A stretch of 64,000 nucleotides of DNA, from assembly GCA_964521005.1 (NCBI GenBank), contig CAZFPT010000001.1, forward strand, positions 3,122 through 67,121, written 5' to 3'. Origin of the DNA: an uncultured Planctomycetaceae bacterium (GTDB lineage Bacteria > Planctomycetota > Phycisphaerae > SM23-33). Below are positions 19,683 through 29,103 of this stretch, in pieces (position 1 is the stretch's first letter; each line of letters starts with the position of its first letter). A program made the position numbers and the translations under genes. The notes under the pieces were generated by a model. That model was not told the origin of the DNA. It saw only the letters and a program-made list of their open reading frames with translations, and ran no database searches.

Positions 19683-20891
19683 TCAGAGGTTCGGAAGCAC
19701 CGAGACGATCTCCTCGATCGTCGTCTGCCCGCGCAACGCAGCCAGCTTGCCGACGTCGGTCAGCGAGAGCGTCTCGGCCTGGGCGATGTACTCGTCGATC
19801 TCGCCGGCAGGGGCGCGGTTGAGAACCATCTTCCGGGTGGTCTCGTCGGGCACGAACAGCTCGAAAAGCCCGATGCGCCCCTGGTAGCCGGACTGGTGAC
19901 AACTCGGGCAGCCCTCGCCCTGGGAGAGGTGGGCTTCGTCGGCGTCGGTGAGCAGCTCGCGAACCTTCGGCTCGATGAGCATCTCGCCGGTCTCGGGAAG
20001 CTCGGTGCGACACTCCGGGCAGATCGTGCGGACCAGGACCTGGGCGATCACGCAGCGCAGCGCCGTGGCCAGGAAGAACGGGTGAACGTCCAGAAACAGC
20101 ATCGTCTCGATGGCCCGACTGGCGCGGGAAGCATGGGTGGTCGCCAGAACCAGGTGACCGGTGTTGGCGGCGCGGACGGCCGTCCGCGCGGTTTCGGCGT
20201 CGCGGATCTCGCCGACCATGATCACGTCCGGGTCCTGGCGCAGCAGGGCGGTGAGCATCTCGGCGAACCCCAGCCCCACACGCGGGCTGATCTGCGTCTG
20301 GCTGACTCCCTGCAGATCGTATTCGATGGGATTTTCAATGGTGCAGATCTTCCGCCCGGACCCGGCAATCAGGCGGAGCATCGAGTACATCGTCGTGGTC
20401 TTCCCGCTGCCGGTGGGCCCGGAGACGAGAATCAACCCGTTGGGACGCTCGATGATGTCGTCGATCACGTTCTCCTGATCGTCCAGCATGCCCAACTCGT
20501 CGATCTCCATCAGCCCGACGGTGCGGTCGAACACGCGGACGACCATGTCCTGGCCGTGAAGCGTGGGCACGACGCTGATGCGAAGCTCCACCTGCCGATC
20601 GCTGATTTCCGCCTTCAGGCGTCCCTCGTGAGGCTTGCGGTGCTCGGCGACGTCCATCCCGGCGATGCTCTGGACGTGCCCGATCAGGCGGCGGGCAAGG
20701 TCCGGGTCCAACTGCGTCTGGGGGTAGAGCTTTCCGTCGATGCGGAACAGGAGATCACAGCCCAGACGCTGGGCGGAGAGGTGAATGTCGCTCACGCGAT
20801 GCGCGACGGCCTCCTCGACGATGTGCGTCCACTGGGCGGAGGGTTCGCCGCCGAGATCCTTGACGGCCTGGTGGTCGAGTATGGGTTCCAT
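19683..20891 (-). CDS. GspE/PilB-family secretion ATPase (core form lacking N1 domain)
   Basis: Walker A 'VSGPTGSGKTTT', Asp box, Walker B 'IMVGEIRD', His box 'ATTHA', and the tetracysteine motif 'CPECR...CPSCH'. Confidence 0.8.
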   Translation of the reverse strand: MEPILDHQAVKDLGGEPSAQWTHIVEEAVAHRVSDIHLSAQRLGCDLLFRIDGKLYPQTQLDPDLARRLIGHVQSIAGMDVAEHRKPHEGRLKAEISDRQVELRISVVPTLHGQDMVVRVFDRTVGLMEIDELGMLDDQENVIDDIIERPNGLILVSGPTGSGKTTTMYSMLRLIAGSGRKICTIENPIEYDLQGVSQTQISPRVGLGFAEMLTALLRQDPDVIMVGEIRDAETARTAVRAANTGHLVLATTHASRASRAIETMLFLDVHPFFLATALRCVIAQVLVRTICPECRTELPETGEMLIEPKVRELLTDADEAHLSQGEGCPSCHQSGYQGRIGLFELFVPDETTRKMVLNRAPAGEIDEYIAQAETLSLTDVGKLAALRGQTTIEEIVSVLPNL

Positions 20892-20901
20892 GGGGCGTCC
20901 T

Positions 20902-21270
20902 CTACCGGGGGGTGTCGGGCGCGTCGCCCTGGGCGAGCTGCCGGTGGGCGGCGTCGAGCGATTTGACCGTCGGAATCAGGTCGGGCAGCTTGACGGTGTC
21001 CAGCAGGCGACGGATCGCCGGGCGCGGGCGGGCGATGACCAGCCCGGCATTGCGCTCCTTGGCGAACTCATGCAGTGTGAACAGGGCCCCGATCCCCGAA
21101 GAGCTGAGAAACGTCACGTTCCCGAGGTCCACGACGATGCCCGTGACGGCGTCGCCCTCGCTTACCTCGCGAACCTTGTCCACCAGGCCGCCGCGTGCGC
21201 GCCACTCCATCTGTTCGGGACAGTACACCGTGTACACGCCCCCGCCATCCGATTTGACCTGCAGATCCAT
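20902..21270 (-). CDS. STAS-domain anti-sigma-factor antagonist
   Basis: 'IVVDLGNVTFLSSSGIGALF' is STAS/SpoIIAA-like. Start is MDLQVK (M148 of the track ORF). Confidence 0.6.
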   Translation of the reverse strand: MDLQVKSDGGGVYTVYCPEQMEWRARGGLVDKVREVSEGDAVTGIVVDLGNVTFLSSSGIGALFTLHEFAKERNAGLVIARPRPAIRRLLDTVKLPDLIPTVKSLDAAHRQLAQGDAPDTPR

Positions 21271-22116
21271 GGCCGTCCTTTCCGTTCCGGGCGGCCTGGC
21301 CGGTCTTCGCCGGAGACGGGCCGCCGGTAGGAAAGAGTAGAACCCCGCCCCTGGAAGATCAATACCCCTCACCAAAGATGACGAAGGCCGATGGGCATTC
21401 ACGGGCACAAAAAACGCTCGGGCCCCCGCGGAGGGAACCCGAGCGCGTCCACAAAACCCTCGGTAGTTGCGCAATTGCAAGGTATCCGTCTTCGGTGGGT
21501 CGTGGACCTGTACTGAGATTATACGCTCCATGGGAACCGCGGGAAAACCGCCGACCCGATTTATGCGAAAAAATGCCCGCGATGGCAGATATCCGCCCAC
21601 GCCATCACGCAAAAAGCCGGACACGTCAGCCGAGAAGAGGCCCGTAAAGTATTTTAGGAGATAAGGATACGATGGGACTCGGCCCGTGATACTCAATATA
21701 CTGAGACTCATTCCTTTTTCTGAGATTTGTAATTATTCGCAACCCCTTATTGAGAAACATAGTACAATACGGCCAGCAGCGGGAATCGTTCGTGTGATGG
21801 GTCACCGTAAAGCAGACGGGGGGCAGTGATGATCCTCCTTTTCTGCTCCCGCGAGAGGCCGTCTCGGCACGCGGGTCGCTGCTTGGACGACATTCAGCAT
21901 TCCGTCGATGGCGTTCGTCGTTGACGGCATGGAAGCCGGACCAGCTCTCCCCCTGGCTGGTCCGTGCCAGGCAGACTCGGCGTGCCCGGCTGGGTCTGCC
22001 GCTTTATGCGCAACGGACCGCGCCCGAATTGCGTCCATTCCGTCGAGGGTGCTACCATGTCACGCGGGGCGAGAGAGCTTTGCCCCGCTCGGGTTCCCAC
22101 ACGAAAGGATCGCAGC

Positions 22117-23673
22117 ATGTCCGAAGGCGACGCGTCCCGTCCGGCGATGCAGAAACAGACCGCACACAAGGCACCCCCGCTGACGATCGTGATCTTCGGG
22201 GCCTCAGGCGACCTGACTACCCGCAAGCTCATGCCCGCCGTCTGCAGCCTTTTCTGCGAGGGAATGTTCGACGAGAAGTTCCAGATCATCGGCTACGGCC
22301 GAACCGAGATGACCGACGAGGAGTTCCGCACCGGCGTCATCGAGCAATCCGAGCTTACCTGCAAGCGTGAGCAACGCTGCGGCCGACGCTGCGAAGAGTT
22401 CGCCGAGCATCTCTACTACCAGCAGGGCAACTACGACGACGTCGAGGACATCCGCGCCTTAGGCGAGCGAATCGGGCAACTCGCCGATCAGCGCGACATG
22501 CCCCGCAATACGCTGTTCTACCTCGCCACGCCCCCGGGCGTATTCGGCACGCTGGCTGAACTGCTCCACGAGACCGGCCTTTCGAGCAAAGGCCAGGAAG
22601 ACGGCAAGCCGTGGTCCCGCATCGTCATCGAGAAACCCTTCGGCCGGGACTTGCGATCGGCCAGTGCGCTCAACGAGCAACTCCAGAACGCCTTCGACGA
22701 GCAGCAGATCTATCGCATCGACCACTATCTGGGCAAGGAGACCGTTCAGAACCTGCTGGTCCTGCGGTTCGCCAACGCCATCTTCGAGCCCATCTGGAAC
22801 CAGAAGTACGTCGACCACGTGCAGTTGACCGTGGCTGAGACGCTCGGCGTCGAGGGGCGGGGCGGTTACTACGAGGAGGCCGGCGCGATCCGCGACATGG
22901 TCGCCAACCACATGATGCACCTGCTGAGCCTCGTGGCGATGGAGGCGCCCGTCTCGCTCACCGCCGACGCCGTGCGCGACGAGAAGGTGCAGATTCTCCG
23001 GGCACTTCGCCCGATCCCGCCGCAATGCGCCCGGCACGACGTGGTCCAGGCCCAGTACGCCCCGGGTGAGGTGGACGCCGAGACGGTGCCCGGCTACCGA
23101 GACGAGGACGGCGTCGCCGAGGACTCGACCACTCCGACGTACGTGGCCTTCAAGGCATTCGTGGACAACTGGCGCTGGGCCGGCGTGCCGTTTTATCTGC
23201 GCCATGGAAAGCGTCTGGCGAAGAAGGTTACCGAGATTTCCATTCACTTCCACGAAGTCCCGCGGGTGCTGTTCAACCTGCCGCCTACCGGCCCGATGCC
23301 CCCCAACATCCTGCGGATCCGCATCCAGCCCGACGAGGGGATCTCCCTGCAGTTCCAGGTCAAACGCCCGGGCCCGGCGATGCGCATCGAGCCGTTCTGC
23401 ATGGACTTCACCTACGACGAGGCCTTCGGGGCCGCCCCGCCCGACGCCTACGAGCGCCTGCTGCTGGACGCCGCCCTGGGCGACGCGACGCTGTTCACCC
23501 GCAGCGACGAAGCCGAGGCCTGCTGGGCGTTCGTGAACCCGTTGCTCGAAGGCTGCCAGCAACAGGGCCCCGAGCGGATGGCCGACTACCCCGCCGGCAC
23601 ATGGGGTCCGGAGGAAGGCGACCGCCTCATCCGCAACGACGGGCGAGACTGGGCGATCCGCTCGGATTCCTGA
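22117..23673 (+). CDS. zwf: glucose-6-phosphate 1-dehydrogenase
   Basis: 'IFGASGDLTTRKL', 'RIDHYLGKE' and the 'EKPFG' active-site region. ATG at 22117 with an AAAGGA RBS. Confidence 0.9.
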   Translation: MSEGDASRPAMQKQTAHKAPPLTIVIFGASGDLTTRKLMPAVCSLFCEGMFDEKFQIIGYGRTEMTDEEFRTGVIEQSELTCKREQRCGRRCEEFAEHLYYQQGNYDDVEDIRALGERIGQLADQRDMPRNTLFYLATPPGVFGTLAELLHETGLSSKGQEDGKPWSRIVIEKPFGRDLRSASALNEQLQNAFDEQQIYRIDHYLGKETVQNLLVLRFANAIFEPIWNQKYVDHVQLTVAETLGVEGRGGYYEEAGAIRDMVANHMMHLLSLVAMEAPVSLTADAVRDEKVQILRALRPIPPQCARHDVVQAQYAPGEVDAETVPGYRDEDGVAEDSTTPTYVAFKAFVDNWRWAGVPFYLRHGKRLAKKVTEISIHFHEVPRVLFNLPPTGPMPPNILRIRIQPDEGISLQFQVKRPGPAMRIEPFCMDFTYDEAFGAAPPDAYERLLLDAALGDATLFTRSDEAEACWAFVNPLLEGCQQQGPERMADYPAGTWGPEEGDRLIRNDGRDWAIRSDS

Positions 23674-23689
23674 ATCCCCCTCGACGCGG

Positions 23690-25654
23690 CTACTTCGCGG
23701 TGCGCGCCGGGCCCGGAGCCCCGGCCGGGGTGTGCCACTCCTCGCTCGGGTCGCCGATGCAATACAGGTGCGAGACCGACCGCACGAACAGGCGATTTCC
23801 GTGCGGGTAGATCCCCGTGCCCGTGTGCATGAAGTGAGACGGCAGCCCGTTCCAGGCGCCCCAGAGTTTGCGGGCTTGGTAGAGTTCGTTGACGTATTTC
23901 TCGAAGGCCGGGAAACGCGGGATGTTTTCGCCGCCCAGCACATTCATCTGATCGACCCGCTTCGGGCTGGACAGGTCGCTCATGTCGGCAGCGTAAAAAC
24001 GCAGCGCTGTCTTTCCGTCCCACCGGCGACGTCCCCAATAGCTCATCAGCGGATCGCGGTGCCCCTTGTCCGCCCAGATCATCAGATCCCCGGCGAGGAT
24101 ATTGGACAACTCTCCCAGGCCGCTCCGTCGCCCGCCCTTGCGCAGCACCTTCCCGGTGGCGGCTTCGAGGATGTTCGCCTCGTCGCTGGTCATGATCACG
24201 TGGGTCTCCGTGGCGATCTGGCCGTGGTATCCGGGCGAGCCCTTCTTGCCGATCGAGTAGATCTGGGTCGCTGTGACCTGGTCGGGGCCGGTCACCTGCA
24301 GCTTGTAGGCGGTGAACGGCGAGCCGCCTCCGTCGCCATTGGCAGCGCGGAAGACGATGTTGCCGCTGTTGAATATGCTGGGCCCGCCGCTGGGTCCGTA
24401 GTTCCACTCCCATGGGAGATGCCCCACCACCTCGCCGTCCTTCACGCGGATGATGTTGCACAGCGTCGTGACCACCACGTCCATGGGCGTAGCCGATTTG
24501 TTCGCCAGGCGGATGATTTTGTGCGAGCCGACGTAGTAGCCGCCCTTGTTCTTCTTTAGTTTGCTGCTTGCGGTCGGCGCTTCCCAGAGGGTCTTGCCCG
24601 TCTCTGCGTCCAGCCCGCGGAGAACACCCGCGCCGCCGTGCATGTCCACCAGGACGCCGCTCGAAAGCAGGGGAGACTGGATGCTGTCGGTCCGCCCGGT
24701 GGGAATCTGCACGAACTTCCGCCAGAGCAGTCTTCCTTCCAGATCGTAGCAGACGGTATGCCCCTGGCCGAAGGAGGCATAGACACGTTGGCCATCGCTG
24801 GCCGGGACGGACATGCACCAGCCGACCATGTTGCCCCACGGAATGTCCAGGTTGATCTTCTTGCCGCCCAGATGGTCAATACGGCTGGCGAGCGTCTTGG
24901 TGAAACTGTGCTTGCCCCGCAGGATGCCCTTGGCCTTGCCGTAGTTCTTCGCGTCGGCAAGGAAGAGGTCCATCCCCTCAACCATCTGTTTGAGCTGCGG
25001 GCCGTAGTCCTTGCCCGGATCGAGCTTTGCCATCGCCTCGGTGATGCGCGGCAGCGAATGTTTCACGAACATCTCCCGGATCGGGCGGTACTTCTCGGGC
25101 GAGAGTCTCGGCGTCCGGTCGGTGAACTGCGCGTCGAGCACGGCGTCCACGGCAAGGTAGATCTGGAACATCTCGTAGAGTCTCTCGGCCAGCGCTTCAT
25201 CCGGAATGAACGTGCTCCAGACGTTGTTCCGACGCGACCAGAGCACCTTACCCGTGCGAGCGTCCGTGCAGATGAGCATGTCCGGCTCGCCGATGGTGAA
25301 CACCTTGTCGCCCACCACAATCGGATGCGAGTTTGCCCACGAGGGCATCTCGGCCTTCCAGACGATGTTCTTCGAGCGGTCGTCCGTCATGGCGATGTAC
25401 TTGCCCGTGGTCATCCCACGCTTGCCTTTGTACTCGTGTTCCTTCTCGGCCGGCGTACCTTCGTAGAACACCTTCACCGGAGTCGCGCCGGGGAAATAGC
25501 CGTTCCCGTCGCCTCGGTACCCGACCGGACGCTCGACCGACGGGTAAAAGTCCTTGTGGCCCAGCGGGATGGAGTTGGACTGGGCCAGGCAGGGCACAGC
25601 CGCACTCAGGACAACCAGAGAAGTGATGCACGCGGACAGAACAGTTCGGTTCAT
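23690..25654 (-). CDS. secreted PQQ-like beta-propeller repeat protein
   Basis: Signal peptide 'MNRTVLSACITSLVVLSAAVPCLAQS'. Repeated 'GK.LW' / 'DG.V.A....G.V' beta-propeller blades. Confidence 0.5.
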   Translation of the reverse strand: MNRTVLSACITSLVVLSAAVPCLAQSNSIPLGHKDFYPSVERPVGYRGDGNGYFPGATPVKVFYEGTPAEKEHEYKGKRGMTTGKYIAMTDDRSKNIVWKAEMPSWANSHPIVVGDKVFTIGEPDMLICTDARTGKVLWSRRNNVWSTFIPDEALAERLYEMFQIYLAVDAVLDAQFTDRTPRLSPEKYRPIREMFVKHSLPRITEAMAKLDPGKDYGPQLKQMVEGMDLFLADAKNYGKAKGILRGKHSFTKTLASRIDHLGGKKINLDIPWGNMVGWCMSVPASDGQRVYASFGQGHTVCYDLEGRLLWRKFVQIPTGRTDSIQSPLLSSGVLVDMHGGAGVLRGLDAETGKTLWEAPTASSKLKKNKGGYYVGSHKIIRLANKSATPMDVVVTTLCNIIRVKDGEVVGHLPWEWNYGPSGGPSIFNSGNIVFRAANGDGGGSPFTAYKLQVTGPDQVTATQIYSIGKKGSPGYHGQIATETHVIMTSDEANILEAATGKVLRKGGRRSGLGELSNILAGDLMIWADKGHRDPLMSYWGRRRWDGKTALRFYAADMSDLSSPKRVDQMNVLGGENIPRFPAFEKYVNELYQARKLWGAWNGLPSHFMHTGTGIYPHGNRLFVRSVSHLYCIGDPSEEWHTPAGAPGPARTAK

Positions 25655-25759
25655 GGAAATACGCCTCGCAAGGAGGGTCGCCATGGGCATGCCCTCCGGT
25701 AAATGATTCAGGGCGGAGCGCACATCGCCTCCGCAATACCGATAGTTCAATGAATCTTC

Positions 25760-26941
25760 TTACTGATGGTTCCGGTCGATGTGCGCCGAACCAGACCAAT
25801 TTCCCGGATACTCCCGCCGGAGGATTTCCCACGCCTTATCGAGATAGTAGCGGTACGCCTCCAGCCCCGTGCCATTGGGAATGCGATGGTCCAGCCCCAG
25901 CAGGCAGCCGCCGGTGCCGACCATGGGGGGGATCTTGTACTCCAGCTCACGGTCGATGGCGGATTTTCCCTGCCGCAGCACGTGTTTGTCCAACCCGCCC
26001 TGGAACGCCAGACGATTGCCGTAGTGCTCGCGCATGGTCACGATGTCCATCCCGGCGGCGGGCTCGTTGGGGTACATCACGTTCACGCCGGCTTCGAGAA
26101 AGGCGTCGACCACGGGGTTCATGTTGCCGTCGGAGTCCTGCGAGAACAGCCCAACGCCCCGGGACCGCGCGAGATCCCACACCTGCCGGTAGTAGGGCAG
26201 GATGAACTCGCGGACCTGATCCGGGCCCGCCAGGGGCCCGCTCTTGCCGGCCATGTCTTCATGCACGAAGATCCGGTCGACCGGGACCTGCTCGGTCACT
26301 CGCTCGATGGCGGCGCATGCGGTGTCCGCGAAGGTCTGGAGCATGTCGCGCACCAACTCGGGCTGGTCGTAGTAGGCCATGCACAGCTGTGCGTCGCCCA
26401 TGAGCTGGCGGGGTTCATCAAACCCCCCGGGAATGCTCACGGTGAGCACCTGCTCGTCACGGCGCAGCTGATCGGCCCGATCCCTCCAGCCCTCCACAAG
26501 GCGATCGTCGCGCCAGGTGTAGTGGGGTTTGAGGCGCTGCCAGTCGTCGCGCGTCTTGACGGGAAAATCCAGCGGCAGGGGCAGCGTGGCCGAGTGGCGG
26601 CAGAGCTTCATGGTGCGTCCCAGCCCGTCACGGGCGACGATCTCGTCGTCGGTCTCGCTGAGGATCTCGCCTTCGGGCAGGCCCACGGCACCGCAGTGGA
26701 CGCCGGCCCATCCGAACATCGGCTGACGGTAGCGGAAGGCGCTGAAATCCAGTTCGCTCTCCGTGGCGCCCTGGTCCCGCCATTCGTCTTTGAGCCCCAC
26801 CAGCGGGCCGAACAGCTCGGTCAGCATCGGCGGTCCCGGACGGTTGAACGTCATGTACTCGACGTACTCCTGCCGGCCGACCTCTCGCGAGCGATGGATC
26901 GCGATCTTCCGGTGTTCGTTGGTCAAGGCGTCCAGTGACAT
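25760..26941 (-). CDS. uroporphyrinogen decarboxylase (URO-D) family protein
   Basis: C-terminal-half pattern 'F.HEDMAG..GPLAGP..F.EF..PY......G......H..G.......D...E.G.......EP'. GGGGAG RBS. Function unknown. Confidence 0.4.
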   Translation of the reverse strand: MSLDALTNEHRKIAIHRSREVGRQEYVEYMTFNRPGPPMLTELFGPLVGLKDEWRDQGATESELDFSAFRYRQPMFGWAGVHCGAVGLPEGEILSETDDEIVARDGLGRTMKLCRHSATLPLPLDFPVKTRDDWQRLKPHYTWRDDRLVEGWRDRADQLRRDEQVLTVSIPGGFDEPRQLMGDAQLCMAYYDQPELVRDMLQTFADTACAAIERVTEQVPVDRIFVHEDMAGKSGPLAGPDQVREFILPYYRQVWDLARSRGVGLFSQDSDGNMNPVVDAFLEAGVNVMYPNEPAAGMDIVTMREHYGNRLAFQGGLDKHVLRQGKSAIDRELEYKIPPMVGTGGCLLGLDHRIPNGTGLEAYRYYLDKAWEILRREYPGNWSGSAHIDRNHQ

Positions 26942-27041
26942 GCGCATCTCCCCGACGGGCGTGCGTCGCACGGCCCGTCCAAAAGAAAACCTCCGCAGCA
27001 TCTCGCGGCGGAGGTTGGTGAATCGCTTCTATCGGCGGGCG

Positions 27042-27692
27042 TTACCGCATGACCCACTTCTTGTTTTTGAGGCGGATCGACTTGGCCGTCCGCGAGGCCG
27101 CCTCGCCGGAAACGTCGTAGGTCAGCTCGCGCGTCTTGGTGAGGATGATTTCTTCTTTGGTTTTCGTCTCGCCGTCCTTCTGGTACTGGATCGGGACCGG
27201 GAGCTTCACGCGCGTCGACTCGCCGCTGAGCCCGGAAATGAAGATGTCGAACGACCCGGCGTCCTTGTCGAAGTCCGGCCAGATGGCCACGCCCTTCTTG
27301 GCGTTGTCGGCGCCCTGGAGGAGCTTGCCGATCATGGCTGTCTGTGTCCGCAGGAGGGGGTCGTTGTAGACCTTCTTGATGCGGTCGAACACCACCGACG
27401 GAACGCCGCGCCCGGCCCGGAGCAGCTCACCCGTGTCGGTGTACAGCACGAACTCCGGCGTAAAGCCGATGTCCTCGCCCGTGCGATTGACGACCTTGTA
27501 CCGCATGAACCAGAACCGCTGGGGGGTGTCGCTGCCCGGAACCTTCACCATGATCGGAGTGGGGTGCTCATAGGTGAAATCCAGGTCCCAGCTGGGCGAG
27601 GCTTCGGAGGGCTTGGGTGCGGACGTCGCCGGTCCGACCATCAAGCAGGCGGCCGCCGAGATCAGCACTACGGTTGCGAGCTTCCTCTTCAT
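27042..27692 (-). CDS. secreted hypothetical protein
   Basis: Signal peptide 'MKRKLATVVLISAAACLMVGPATSA'. GGGAG RBS. Codon usage is consistent with neighbouring genes. Confidence 0.4.
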   Translation of the reverse strand: MKRKLATVVLISAAACLMVGPATSAPKPSEASPSWDLDFTYEHPTPIMVKVPGSDTPQRFWFMRYKVVNRTGEDIGFTPEFVLYTDTGELLRAGRGVPSVVFDRIKKVYNDPLLRTQTAMIGKLLQGADNAKKGVAIWPDFDKDAGSFDIFISGLSGESTRVKLPVPIQYQKDGETKTKEEIILTKTRELTYDVSGEAASRTAKSIRLKNKKWVMR

Positions 27693-27866
27693 ACGTCAAC
27701 TCCCGAAGGGGTCTGCGAACGGCGCCCACGGCGCCACACAACCTGAAAACTACCCGCCCCCGCCGGCAAAGTCAACGCCGTGAGCAAAAGTTATCCGCCC
27801 TCGCCGCGGACATGAACCCCCGGTGAAACACAAGGGGAGTGCAATCCTGCCGCCGCCGATGGTACC

Positions 27867-28796
27867 ATGCCCGCCATGCCGGAGAAATGGACCATCCAGA
27901 CCCCCGCCCGAGGCGATCGACTCGAGGCATGCAGGCTCGTGGTGGCCGGGCGGGGCGACAACGACCAGGCGGGCGACGCGCTGCACCAGTTGCTGTCCCT
28001 GCGCGGGTCCGATGAATACTGGCTCCGCTGGGCCAGGCCGACCGATCGACCCGCCGCCCCGGCCGGCGGCGCGTGTGTGGTGCTGGCCAATCCAGGAAAG
28101 ACGGGCATCGCGCTGTACCCCTCAGCGGCCGAGCCGACCGTCGAGAGGGCAGCCCTGACGCGGGCCATCGCCGCTGGGGCCGACGATGCATTGTCGGCCG
28201 GTCTCTCGCTGGTGCAGTCCATCCCCCCCGAGGGCGCTGCCGACGACGAGGCTGTGCTCGTGGATGCCGGCTTCCGCCTGCTGGCCGAGCTCCAGTACAT
28301 GCGGCGCGACCTGACGGGCCGACCCGTCTCGCCCGTCCCGCCGCGCGAGGAAGTGACGGTGGAAACCTTCGGCGAATACAGCCAGGAGGAATTGGCCTCC
28401 GTGATCCGGGCGACCTACACGGACTCGCTGGACTGTCCCGGCCTGGCCGAGCTGCGGGAAATGGACGACGTCCTGGAGGGGCATCGCGCCACGGGGATCT
28501 TCAACCCCTCGACGTGGTGGCTGGTCCGACAGGAAGGGCGATCGGCCGGCTGCGTGCTGGTCAACGAAAGCGTCTCCGGCGAGGCGCAGATGGTGTATCT
28601 GGGCGTGGTTCCGGCCTTCCGCGGACGGGGTCTGGCGCGGTGGATGACCGCCGCTGTCTCGCAAGTCTGCCAAAAGGAAGGGCTTACGGCTATGACGCTG
28701 GCGGTGGACCGCCGCAACACCACCGCGGCCCGGGCGTACCGCAGCGCGGGGCTGACGGCCTGCGAAGAGCGAAAAGCATACATAAAGCACTTGTGA
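27867..28796 (+). CDS. GNAT-family N-acetyltransferase (two-domain)
   Basis: C-terminal acetyl-CoA-binding motif 'LGVVPAFRGRGLARWM'. Confidence 0.55.
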   Translation: MPAMPEKWTIQTPARGDRLEACRLVVAGRGDNDQAGDALHQLLSLRGSDEYWLRWARPTDRPAAPAGGACVVLANPGKTGIALYPSAAEPTVERAALTRAIAAGADDALSAGLSLVQSIPPEGAADDEAVLVDAGFRLLAELQYMRRDLTGRPVSPVPPREEVTVETFGEYSQEELASVIRATYTDSLDCPGLAELREMDDVLEGHRATGIFNPSTWWLVRQEGRSAGCVLVNESVSGEAQMVYLGVVPAFRGRGLARWMTAAVSQVCQKEGLTAMTLAVDRRNTTAARAYRSAGLTACEERKAYIKHL

Positions 28797-28826
28797 ACAA
28801 AGCTTTGCGGTTTTGTTAAGGGTTGG

Positions 28827-28902
28827 TGTGGACAACCTGTGGACGAAACTTTTTTTTCGGTCCCAAGATTGGCTGTTTCCTGATCTTGGCGGGTGTGGAT
28901 AA
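28827..28902 (+). promoter_or_regulatory. DnaA-box cluster upstream of dnaA (autoregulatory region / oriC candidate)
   Basis: TGTGGATAA (perfect, 28894-28902), TGTGGACAA (28827-28835) and TGTGGACGA (28838-28846), plus a T7 run at 28850-28857. Confidence 0.5.
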
Positions 28903-29103
28903 GTTCTGGCCGGTGCCGTTAGGCCTTTTGGTTTGACCACTTCCGGATGGTGCGGTAGAGTCTGAATCAGCAAATCGGAGCCCGGAACACGGTGGGCCGT
29001 CGAGGTTGTTTCGGGGTCGGATCTGTGCGGGAAACTTCGTTGTGTCTAAGTCGCTTGCGGGCGGGGATGCCCCCCGGCGAGCCTTTCGGAACAGGAAAAA
29101 AGT

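Noticed and set aside
21378-21664. Small ORFs (65-89 aa) inside the long intergenic region upstream of zwf
   Set aside because: They have no RBS, their codon usage is atypical for this genome, and they have no homology cues. The region is more likely regulatory or ncRNA.
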